Assembly (NCBI GenBank): GCA_947345935.1
Contig: CAMZZN010000001.1
Location: 47,049 to 111,048 of the forward strand
Direction of reading: 5' to 3'
Source of the DNA: an uncultured Ruminococcus sp.
Lineage (GTDB): Bacteria; Bacillota; Clostridia; Oscillospirales; Ruminococcaceae
DNA: 64,000 nt
Shown: piece by piece, positions 54,975 through 64,000 of the stretch
Layout of the letters: each line of letters opens with the position of its first letter
How positions within the stretch are numbered: the stretch's first letter is position 1
Translations under genes and position numbers: made by a program
Notes under the pieces: model-generated
Told to the model about the DNA's origin: nothing
The model's input: the letters and a program-made list of their open reading frames with translations, nothing else
Database searches by the model: none

Positions 54975-56137
54975 TAAAGAAAATTGAAACCATTGTCAGT
55001 ATAGCAGCTATTGCCTTTATTCTGTATATTTTTACTTTCTACATTGAGGGAGAAATGGGCGTTGTGCTCATCGCTTTTCTGATTGTTCCGCCGCTTGTTT
55101 CGTTTCTGTCTGCGTTTTACGCCAGAAAAAGAATTACGGTCAGTATATTCTCTGATGCATACGTGAAAAAAGGAAGCGAACTTGAAGTAACGGTAACTAT
55201 TGAAAAAAAAGGAAAACTTCCGGTAGCTGTAGCAGAGGTTTGTCCCGGAGCATCTGAGGTGTTTGAAAAGCAGAATAAGAAATATCGTCTTTCTCTTCTG
55301 ACCGAAGATAAAATTGAATTCACATACAAAGTAAAGGCTTTGATTGGCGGAAACGGTGAAATATCGGTAAAGAGCTTCTGCTCATGCGGATTTCTGGGCT
55401 TTGTAAGATTTAAGATCAAAAGCAGCTTGCCGGAGTCTGTATCTGTTGGAGTTATTCCGGAGATCCCAGACGTAAAAACGTCCTCGCAGCTGTTCAGACA
55501 AATTGCCGATTCTGTTCTTACCAGCGATGATGACGACGAAAATGATACGGAACTTCTTTATTCTTTGAATGCAGCGCCGGGCTATGATCATCGTGAATAC
55601 GTTCAGGGGGATCCGCTTAAAAGGATCAACTGGAAACTGTCTTCAAAGAAAGTCAGACTTATGGTGCGCCTTGACGAAGCAGTTGCGGCTGTTCAGCCTC
55701 TTGTAGCGCTGGATCTTTACAGGAGCGCAGATGCCGATCCCGAAAAGGCAGTGCTCATAGAAGAAAAGCTTATCTGCTCTGCCGTCGGACTGGCGAAAGC
55801 TCTTATTAAGCAGGGTATCTCCTGTAACTTTGCCTATAATACGGGAGATGGTACGGTAGTGGAAAGCATAGACAATCCAGATTACACGGACATCGTTCTG
55901 TTTAAAATTCTGGCTGAAAAAGTCGTACCAGAACGAAGAATAGATATAAGTTCCTGTGGTTCAGTATGCTCATGTGTGGCTTCTACAACAGAACCCGGCG
56001 GAAGCTTTTCCGATGTTCTGCAAGGTTCTGTAAATTCTTCGGCAGTAAGTATAATCATTCCGAAGCCTGCCGTACATGAGGGATTTTCTGAACTTTGGTA
56101 TCTTGACGAAACCGACAACGTATTTAAAATGGTATGA
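54971..56137 (+). CDS. DUF58 (vWA-like) MoxR partner
   Basis: REYVQGDPLKRINWKLS motif; two N-terminal TM segments. Confidence 0.9.
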   Translation: MIKKIETIVSIAAIAFILYIFTFYIEGEMGVVLIAFLIVPPLVSFLSAFYARKRITVSIFSDAYVKKGSELEVTVTIEKKGKLPVAVAEVCPGASEVFEKQNKKYRLSLLTEDKIEFTYKVKALIGGNGEISVKSFCSCGFLGFVRFKIKSSLPESVSVGVIPEIPDVKTSSQLFRQIADSVLTSDDDDENDTELLYSLNAAPGYDHREYVQGDPLKRINWKLSSKKVRLMVRLDEAVAAVQPLVALDLYRSADADPEKAVLIEEKLICSAVGLAKALIKQGISCNFAYNTGDGTVVESIDNPDYTDIVLFKILAEKVVPERRIDISSCGSVCSCVASTTEPGGSFSDVLQGSVNSSAVSIIIPKPAVHEGFSELWYLDETDNVFKMV

Positions 56138-56141
56138 ATAT

Positions 56142-58421
56142 ATGCATGAAACTGAAAAGAAAACAACAGGAGTGAAATTCCTGCTGGTCAGATATCTCTG
56201 TGACCCGGTTTTGATTTATACCGTCATTGTGATGACATCTATTATGTATCATTACCGTGACACCATGCTTACGGTTGCCTATGCACTGGCTTCATTGATG
56301 ATAGGAGCGCTGATTTTCCGGCTGTTTGATTTTATGATGAGTCACAAGGTGATCGGCACAGCGGCATACATAGGATTGCTTTATGTCTTTATCCAGACTG
56401 CGGTGCTGTGTGCGGAAAAAGGAGCAGAGGATTACCCCATTTCTTTTGGAGTATGGTTCATCACGCCGCAGGCAGTCGTGGATTTTAACAGCTGGTATAC
56501 GGTTAGTATGTTCCTGCTGTTTATGATGTTCATGAGTTCTGTCATCTACTATTTTACTCGTGTGCGCTACAGGATATTCATGGGATTTCTTATTTTTATA
56601 ATCCCATTTGCCGTTTATGGTAAAGAAGCCGAGAAAATGCCTATTGCTTTCATTATCCTTATGGCGGTAGGATATATAATGCTCCTTGTTTATTTCAGGC
56701 AGCTTAAAGACAGCGATACAGTGGTCGTTAAGGTAAAGAAAGAGACGTGGCAGTCAGCCGGGATATACGCTCTTTTATTTGCGGCTATTGCCGCTGTAGT
56801 TCCGAAGCCGCAGGTAGAAACTGACCGTACGTTTATTGAATCCCTTATTTCAGCCGAGCAGTTCACGGATAGGCTTATGGCGATGCTTGGAAATTTTCGT
56901 GATGAATCTTCCGGCGGACAGTACAGGGATGTCGATAACAATACGCCTCTGTACTATGTCAAAGCTGATGAGGAACTTCATCTGAAAATGCGTACATCTT
57001 CAAATTACCATTATGACGATGATAACTGGTACGAAGGAGATGTAGATGAAACTACGGAAAAAGATGAAGAAGTCGAAGTGTCTTTTGAACTTGGACAGGC
57101 AGGCGAACTTACAAAGGCTGTTCTGACTGCGGCGGAGCTTGACGGCGATTTCGCAGAAGAATACGGACTTTCCGGCTATTCTCCGGAGAATGTAGTGACA
57201 CCGGGGAAAAAAAGAGCAGAAATATATTCTGCTTACAGATACTCACAATTTGCGCCTGTTCCGCAGTTTGTGAAAAGTCTTATATGGACAAGTTCCAAAG
57301 AAATAATGAAAATGTCAAAAACGGGATTTATATACAGCGATAAATACTTTCCGGCGTCAGATGTTTGGGTATACGATTATTATGAAAATACATTTTTCGC
57401 AAACAGTTTCAACAAGGAAATAATAGATATTATTTCTCAATCAGATTATGCGCATCTTCTCTGGGATGCTGAACATATCCTGAAATCCACATACCGTGAC
57501 AGCGGAGAAAATAATGAGGTTATCGGACGGTATGCTGATGTTTTATCACAGGAATACGACGAATACACCGATTATTGCAGAGATCTGCTTGATTACGGTG
57601 ACAGCAGTAAGATCTATGATCTTGCGCAGGAAATAACTCAGGGGCTGGATTCCGATTACGACAAAGCAAAGGCTATCGAGCAGTATTTCTTCGCCAACGA
57701 CTTTGTTTATGATCTGAAATATGTAAAGTCAAGGGGAGAAAATGTGGAAAATTTCCTCTTCAATACAAAGCGTGGCGTTTGCTATGAATATGCTACGGCG
57801 ATGGTTCTTCTTTCGAGAGCGGCAGGGATTCCGGCACGCTACTGCGAGGGATATCTTGCGTCGCAGCCGAATGAAGATCCCAAAGATCCAAAAATTGACG
57901 CAAATTATGTTGTAACGCCGCAGCAGGCTCACGGGTATCCGGAATTGTACATAGAGGGATTCGGCTGGGTCACATTCGAGCCGACAATTGCCGCTGCCGA
58001 GCAGCAGGAAGAAAAAATAAGCCTTTCGCAGATGCTCATGATTGCAGGAATCATGCTTTTCGTGTTTATTGTTTTGATTTTTGCTGCGATCAAAGCTTAT
58101 CCGCCGATCTCACATAAATTTTTCATTTTCAAGTGCAGAAAGAAAAAAACGGAAGACGTTGCAAAGGAAGTTATGTACAGACTTTGCAGACTGTATCGTA
58201 TTTCAGGAGTGAATACTTCTCACCAGGCAGCAGAAAAAATAATAAATATTTCGGGCTCTGATATTACAGTGTTGGCAGATTTGTTCGATGCGGCTGTTTA
58301 TGGAAATTCCGCTTTGGACAGTCAAGATAAAGAAATAATCATAAATGTTTATACATCAGCGTATGAGGCATTTATGGAGATAAAGAAAAAGAAGAAAAAG
58401 AGACGCATAACGACCGCTTGA
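56142..58421 (+). CDS. Membrane protein with transglutaminase-like domain
   Basis: Many TM segments, then GVCYEYATAM (Cys), AHGYPE (His), FEPT. Start uncertain; the ORF opens at 56076. Confidence 0.88.
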   Translation: MHETEKKTTGVKFLLVRYLCDPVLIYTVIVMTSIMYHYRDTMLTVAYALASLMIGALIFRLFDFMMSHKVIGTAAYIGLLYVFIQTAVLCAEKGAEDYPISFGVWFITPQAVVDFNSWYTVSMFLLFMMFMSSVIYYFTRVRYRIFMGFLIFIIPFAVYGKEAEKMPIAFIILMAVGYIMLLVYFRQLKDSDTVVVKVKKETWQSAGIYALLFAAIAAVVPKPQVETDRTFIESLISAEQFTDRLMAMLGNFRDESSGGQYRDVDNNTPLYYVKADEELHLKMRTSSNYHYDDDNWYEGDVDETTEKDEEVEVSFELGQAGELTKAVLTAAELDGDFAEEYGLSGYSPENVVTPGKKRAEIYSAYRYSQFAPVPQFVKSLIWTSSKEIMKMSKTGFIYSDKYFPASDVWVYDYYENTFFANSFNKEIIDIISQSDYAHLLWDAEHILKSTYRDSGENNEVIGRYADVLSQEYDEYTDYCRDLLDYGDSSKIYDLAQEITQGLDSDYDKAKAIEQYFFANDFVYDLKYVKSRGENVENFLFNTKRGVCYEYATAMVLLSRAAGIPARYCEGYLASQPNEDPKDPKIDANYVVTPQQAHGYPELYIEGFGWVTFEPTIAAAEQQEEKISLSQMLMIAGIMLFVFIVLIFAAIKAYPPISHKFFIFKCRKKKTEDVAKEVMYRLCRLYRISGVNTSHQAAEKIINISGSDITVLADLFDAAVYGNSALDSQDKEIIINVYTSAYEAFMEIKKKKKKRRITTA

Positions 58422-58444
58422 GATTTATATTAACGGAGGTAATT

Positions 58445-59683
58445 ATGCAGACTACAGGAAAAAAAGGAATTTTAAAGAGCGTTCTGAGTATATTGACTGC
58501 TTTGATATTCTTTGTGGGCATCAATCAGCTGTACATTGGAAAAATAAACGAAATATCAGCAGCAGAAGATTATCACACATGGCGTCAGATGGATCCACGG
58601 TGGGGGAACGTCAGTATGAACGGAACTACAGTTGCTAAGTCGGGATGTCTAATAACGTCTCTGTCCATAATGGCAATGGCGTCTGATTCACTGGACAGTA
58701 CGGCTCTTGCAAATCTTGGTATCAGCAGGATAGACGACTTCAATCCCGGTATACTTGCCAACGCATACACCAACAGAGGCGGTTTCAGCTACGGCGGATC
58801 TATCGCCAGCTGGGGAACGATTGGTCAGATCATCCCGCAGATAACATTTGTAAAAGACGCAAATTTCAAAAGCTTTACTCAGGAGGGAATTGCGGCTGAA
58901 ATAAAGGCGATGATGGATCAGGGACTTCATGTTATAGTAAATGTCAACTGGCACTGGGTATATATTGAAGGCGTTGTTGGAAATGATATATATATGATAG
59001 ATCCAGCGTCGGACACGGTTCTGCTGTACGATGAATATAAGCTCAGCGGAGGAAACGAATACTGGGCGCTGACCTGTAAGAATCCGCCTGCACCTTTTAA
59101 TCCTTCCGTAACATCAACTACGACAACTACAACTGAAACGGCAACTACAACCACTACTGAAGTAATTACCACCACAACCACACCTACAACAACTACTACT
59201 GAAGTGACTACGACCATGACCACAACGTCCACGACAGCCAAACCGACTGATGCGACGACCACCGTGATGCAGACCGGAGAGTATTTCAATTCCGGAACGG
59301 CTGAAATAGGCATTTATGATTCTTTTGACTGTACCGGAGATCCGGTATCATATGTCGTACCTGGCGGAGTGGTGAATGTTCCGGAGGGTACTGGAACTAT
59401 CGGTCATATAGCAGGAACTGATAACTTTGCCGGTTGGATTGATCTTTCTGGTATGGCTTTTGTAAAGGCTGAAATGCCTCATGAAAAAGGGGATATCAAT
59501 GGTGACGGAAAAATTGATATGTATGATCTCGGACTGCTCGGCGAGTATCTGAACAGCCTTGCCGATATGCCCGATGGAGTGTCGATGCTGACTGCCTGCG
59601 AGATAAAAGCAGCCGATATCAACGGAGACGGCAGGGTAAACAGCGGAGATGTTCTGGTGTACCTGATACTTGTCTGCAATTAA
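58445..59683 (+). CDS. Secreted C39-like peptidase with Thr-rich linker and dockerin
   Basis: QMDPRW...SGCLITS (Cys), HWVYI (His), IDP (Asp); poly-Thr linker; dockerin GDINGDG...ADINGDG. Confidence 0.82.
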   Translation: MQTTGKKGILKSVLSILTALIFFVGINQLYIGKINEISAAEDYHTWRQMDPRWGNVSMNGTTVAKSGCLITSLSIMAMASDSLDSTALANLGISRIDDFNPGILANAYTNRGGFSYGGSIASWGTIGQIIPQITFVKDANFKSFTQEGIAAEIKAMMDQGLHVIVNVNWHWVYIEGVVGNDIYMIDPASDTVLLYDEYKLSGGNEYWALTCKNPPAPFNPSVTSTTTTTTETATTTTTEVITTTTTPTTTTTEVTTTMTTTSTTAKPTDATTTVMQTGEYFNSGTAEIGIYDSFDCTGDPVSYVVPGGVVNVPEGTGTIGHIAGTDNFAGWIDLSGMAFVKAEMPHEKGDINGDGKIDMYDLGLLGEYLNSLADMPDGVSMLTACEIKAADINGDGRVNSGDVLVYLILVCN

Positions 59684-59695
59684 GGAGAACAGTTT

Positions 59696-60667
59696 ATGGA
59701 ATGGACAGAAGTTAATATTTATACTGCCACAGCAGGGATAGAGCTGCTGTGTGCAAAACTTATGGATATAGGAATTAAGGGATTTGTTATTCAGGACGCC
59801 GAGGATTTCAATGAATTTCTGGAAAATAAGAACGGCAAATGGGACTATATTGACGAAGATCTTATGGGTCTGTCAACCTGTGAAACAAGAATAACGGTGT
59901 ATCTGCCTTCAAATTCTCAGGGAGCCGATATGCTGCTGTCGATACGTACAATGCTTTCACAGCTGAAAGCAGACGACGCAGACGGCGTGTACGGACGTCT
60001 TGAAGCAGAACTTTCAAGTATCCGTGAAGAGGACTGGGCAAATAACTGGAAGCAGTATTTCAAGCCGGTTAAGATAGGTGAAAGGCTGGTGATAAAGCCT
60101 TCATGGGAAGAATATGAAAATGACGGCAATCGCATTGTTCTTGAGATAGATCCGGCTTCAAGCTTTGGCACAGGTCAGCATCATACGACAAGATTATGTT
60201 TGGAACTCCTGGAAAAAGGTCTGAAAAAGGGCGACAGGATTCTGGATATGGGCTGCGGCAGCGGAATTCTTTCAATAGGAGCAATGTTGCTGGGTGCAGA
60301 AAGCGCCGTTGCTGTCGATATTGAGCAAAATGCAGCGGAAACGGCTATGGAAAACGCCATAAAGAATCATATAAGACCTGAGAAGTACAGGACGTTTTAC
60401 GGAAATATACTGACAGATGAAGAACTTGCAGATAAGATCGACGCAAAATACGATGTGATAGCTGCAAATATTGTGGCGGATGTTCTTATTGCAATGAAAG
60501 ACTACTTTTTGCGTTATGTAAAAAGCAGTGGTACTCTGATCGTGTCAGGTATTATCGAGGAGAGGATGCACGAGGTGATCGGCGAGCTTGAAAGCGTCGG
60601 ATTCAAGGATCCTCAGATCAACGTAAAGGAAGGCTGGGCAGCAGTTGGATTTACGGCACCTGTTTAA
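59696..60667 (+). CDS. prmA: Ribosomal protein L11 methyltransferase
   Basis: EEDWANNWK, SFGTGQHHTT, LDMGCGSGIL, ANIVA. Confidence 0.95.
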   Translation: MEWTEVNIYTATAGIELLCAKLMDIGIKGFVIQDAEDFNEFLENKNGKWDYIDEDLMGLSTCETRITVYLPSNSQGADMLLSIRTMLSQLKADDADGVYGRLEAELSSIREEDWANNWKQYFKPVKIGERLVIKPSWEEYENDGNRIVLEIDPASSFGTGQHHTTRLCLELLEKGLKKGDRILDMGCGSGILSIGAMLLGAESAVAVDIEQNAAETAMENAIKNHIRPEKYRTFYGNILTDEELADKIDAKYDVIAANIVADVLIAMKDYFLRYVKSSGTLIVSGIIEERMHEVIGELESVGFKDPQINVKEGWAAVGFTAPV

Positions 60668-60763
60668 TTTTTCCCGGAATAATGGTATCACTGTACGATA
60701 ACTTTGTACAGTGCTGTTCAAAGGGATCAATATACAATTTATAATATAAGGAGAATGGTAAAA

Positions 60764-62011
60764 GTGGCACTTTTTAAGAAAAAAAAGAAAGAAGAACAGA
60801 TTGAGGAATTAACTCCCCAGGTTCAGGCTGAAAAGGCAAATGAAGCTATAATTCTGGAGGTACTCAGAAAGCTGAACGAAAAACTGAACGGAACGCTTTA
60901 TGACAACTGTATCATTATGCCCAAGGGATATACGATAGATGTTCAGGTAGGACATAAAGAAGATAAGGGCAGTGTAAAGCTTGTTCAGGTTATATTTATT
61001 GTGAAAAATGACGCTTTTGACGAGCCGCTTATCGATCCGGTCGACGCACAGGGCGCTACAGAGATGGATGCGGCAAAAATGGCTGCGGATATTTTCTATG
61101 CAGGACTGTGGCATCCCATAGATCAGTCGATAAACAAGAAAAATCCTATACCGGTTTCTGTGGACTTTCTGAGACAGCACTATGATTTTGATATGTATTG
61201 TCAGTCGGTCGTAAGGATCAGAGCAGGCGAACAGAAAAAAGAACCTGTTATGCTTGTGAAGTTCCTCATGAATGAGCTTCCTAAGTATCTTGGATCAAAA
61301 AAATATTATTGGGTAAGAATTTACCTTGCAAGGATGTTTGTGCCGGGAACTGAGGAAAATAATCAGCAGCCAAGAGTAAGAAAGATGATAGAGGTTCGTG
61401 TAAACGGTTCTGTATGTCCGCAGCTCAATAAGCTAATGGAGCCATATATCGACTCATGGGGAGACGAAGAGGGATTTGCCTGCGAAAAGCAGCACGCTAT
61501 TTTTGTTCAGCGTGAAGATGATAAGTGTCCTTTTGACAAGGAAACCGTAATGAAAGCAGCAGAAGAATGTCTGAATTCTATGGTTAAGATCGAAAAGCAG
61601 GAGGATTATGTAGAACTGGCAAAGAGACTCGATGAAATGACGGGAAATAAATCGCTCGCTTCGGAGATAAGAATATTTATTCCTGAGATTCTTGCAAAGC
61701 TTACGCTCGGCTATCAGGAGGGCGACAGTCTGTTTTTGATCGAGGGCGAAGGCGATGATCAGAAGCAGATCGAATTTAAGAAAACCCAGCTCAGATCATA
61801 TTTTTATCTTCAGCAGGCAATTCTGGAATTTCTTGGAAAGCGTCCGCCGCAGGAAGATGTCAAGAAGATCGTGGTGAATAGTATCGCATTCAGGGAAATG
61901 ATGAAAATCCAGAAGCAGCTTACGGAACAGGGGAAGGAATTCAAAATGTCCGACTTATATGTTCCCGGAACATCTTATAAAATCGGTGAACCCGGTTATA
62001 AGGTCTGGTAA
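60764..62011 (+). CDS. Conserved hypothetical protein
   Basis: Long ORF; GTG at 60764 is well spaced from AAGGAG. No motif I can assign. Confidence 0.7.
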   Translation: MALFKKKKKEEQIEELTPQVQAEKANEAIILEVLRKLNEKLNGTLYDNCIIMPKGYTIDVQVGHKEDKGSVKLVQVIFIVKNDAFDEPLIDPVDAQGATEMDAAKMAADIFYAGLWHPIDQSINKKNPIPVSVDFLRQHYDFDMYCQSVVRIRAGEQKKEPVMLVKFLMNELPKYLGSKKYYWVRIYLARMFVPGTEENNQQPRVRKMIEVRVNGSVCPQLNKLMEPYIDSWGDEEGFACEKQHAIFVQREDDKCPFDKETVMKAAEECLNSMVKIEKQEDYVELAKRLDEMTGNKSLASEIRIFIPEILAKLTLGYQEGDSLFLIEGEGDDQKQIEFKKTQLRSYFYLQQAILEFLGKRPPQEDVKKIVVNSIAFREMMKIQKQLTEQGKEFKMSDLYVPGTSYKIGEPGYKVW

Positions 62012-62073
62012 ATTGGAAAGAGCATAGAAGTATTCCGGAATAGCCACTTTTTTCAAAAAATCTTAAAAAAACC

Positions 62074-62102
62074 TTGACAAAGGTCAGGCTTTGTGGTAAA
62101 AT
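62074..62102 (+). promoter_or_regulatory. Sigma-A promoter of rplU-prp-rpmA
   Basis: TTGACA, 17 nt, TAAAAT with extended TG. Confidence 0.8.
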
Positions 62103-62108
62103 ATTATT

Positions 62109-62186
62109 ACCGCTTGTAAACGGGTATTTAAAGATGTGTGTTCGCACGCCCGGTACAGCGAGTTTATGAAAAGGCAGGTGCCATAA
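62109..62186 (+). promoter_or_regulatory. L21 ribosomal leader
   Basis: GTGTGTTCGCAC element in the rplU 5' UTR, resembling the Firmicutes L21 leader. Confidence 0.55.
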
Positions 62187-62498
62187 ATGTACGCAGTTAT
62201 TGAAACCGGCGGAAAGCAGTACCAGGTAAACGAGGGCGATGTTATCTTCATTGAGAAGCTTGCAGCTGAGGCTGACGAGACAGTTACATTCGATAAGGTT
62301 GTAGCGCTTGGAGCAGACGATGGTCTTAAGATCGGCGCTCCTTATGTTGACGGTGCGGCAGTTGAAGCAAAGGTTATTAAGAACGGTAAAGCTAAGAAAA
62401 TCACTGTTTTCACATACAAGCCTAAGAAGGGCGAGAAGAAGAAGCAGGGACACAGACAGCCTTACACTCAGGTGAAGATCGAAGCTATCAAGGCTTGA
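62187..62498 (+). CDS. rplU: 50S ribosomal protein L21
   Basis: [22 protein letters not shown]. Confidence 0.99.
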   Translation: MYAVIETGGKQYQVNEGDVIFIEKLAAEADETVTFDKVVALGADDGLKIGAPYVDGAAVEAKVIKNGKAKKITVFTYKPKKGEKKKQGHRQPYTQVKIEAIKA

Positions 62499-62500
62499 TC

Positions 62501-62812
62501 ATGATCCGTGCAGAATTTTATGAATCAAAAGGGAAATTAAGTGGTTTCAGGCTCAGCGGTCATGCAGGAATGGCGGTAAATGGCAGAGATGTAGCGTGTG
62601 CTTCAGTTTCATCGGCAGTTCAGTTAACGGTAAATCTGCTTGATGAATTCGAATGTTTTCCTGTAGTAAAAACAGGAATCAACGTTATAAAATGTACAGC
62701 TGGCAGTCGTTTTGACGATGCGTCGAGAATGTTTGGACGGCTGAAACAGCATTTTGAAGCAATACTTGAAGAATTCCCAAACACAATTAAAATCATTATT
62801 TCGGAGGTGTAA
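62501..62812 (+). CDS. prp: Ribosomal-processing cysteine protease Prp (YsxB)
   Basis: GHAG and DVACASVS catalytic His/Cys; lies between rplU and rpmA. ATG at 62501. Confidence 0.88.
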   Translation: MIRAEFYESKGKLSGFRLSGHAGMAVNGRDVACASVSSAVQLTVNLLDEFECFPVVKTGINVIKCTAGSRFDDASRMFGRLKQHFEAILEEFPNTIKIIISEV

Positions 62813-62814
62813 GT

Positions 62815-63093
62815 ATGTTTAAGATCAGTATGCAGTTCTTCGCTCATAAAAAGGGTGTTGGTTCTACAAAGAACGGTCGTGACTCTGAGTCTAAGAGACT
62901 TGGCGTCAAGAGAGCTGACGGTCAGTTCGTTAAGGCAGGAAATATCCTCGTTCGTCAGAGAGGTACACATATCCATCCCGGCGAGGGCGTTGGCATTGGT
63001 TCAGATGATACATTATTCGCAACAGTAAGCGGTAAGGTTAAATTTGAGCGTTTAGGCCGTGATCGTAAAAAGGTTTCTGTTTACGAGCAGTAA
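62815..63093 (+). CDS. rpmA: 50S ribosomal protein L27 with Prp-cleaved N-terminal extension
   Basis: MFKISMQFF|[15 protein letters not shown]. Confidence 0.99.
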   Translation: MFKISMQFFAHKKGVGSTKNGRDSESKRLGVKRADGQFVKAGNILVRQRGTHIHPGEGVGIGSDDTLFATVSGKVKFERLGRDRKKVSVYEQ

Positions 63094-63103
63094 CCACTTT
63101 TAA

Positions 63104-64000
<897 letters not shown>

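Noticed and set aside
59110-59265. ACx triplet repeat tract
   Set aside because: Encodes an ordinary poly-Thr linker between catalytic and dockerin modules.

Overview
A 64-kb, mostly plus-strand chromosomal segment of a cellulolytic Ruminococcus-like bacterium (inferred from dockerin-bearing GH9 and peptidases plus Clostridia-type gene order). It is largely housekeeping: rnc, smc, ftsY, rdgB, yhbY, a nadD-yqeK fusion, LCP, rsfS, leuS, rpsU (missed by the ORF track), aroQ, efp, T-box-alaS, comEC, holA, rnmV, glmS, rpsB-tsf, prmA, rplU-prp-rpmA and partial obg. Accessory genes include three dockerin proteins, a sugar ABC importer, TM1266-hydG, three tandem paralogous lipoproteins and a MoxR-DUF58-transglutaminase module. 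I see no tRNA, rRNA, CRISPR or transposase. Strongest leads: (1) an operon pairing a glutamine-synthetase homologue that has lost metal and catalytic residues with a non-phosphorylatable receiver-ANTAR antiterminator, a candidate pseudo-enzyme nitrogen sensor; (2) a 5' leader before TM1266-hydG with two near-identical hairpins and a terminator/antiterminator switch that matches no riboswitch I know; (3) a ~197-nt rod-like inverted-repeat element starting at a strong promoter upstream of the GH9 cellulase; (4) an MBOAT/DHHW O-acylation pair in which both partners lack the catalytic His; (5) FtsY with a C-terminal acidic tail ending in a MinD-like membrane-targeting helix. All family calls come from motif recognition by eye and all RNA structures were paired by hand; no searches or folding programs were run.
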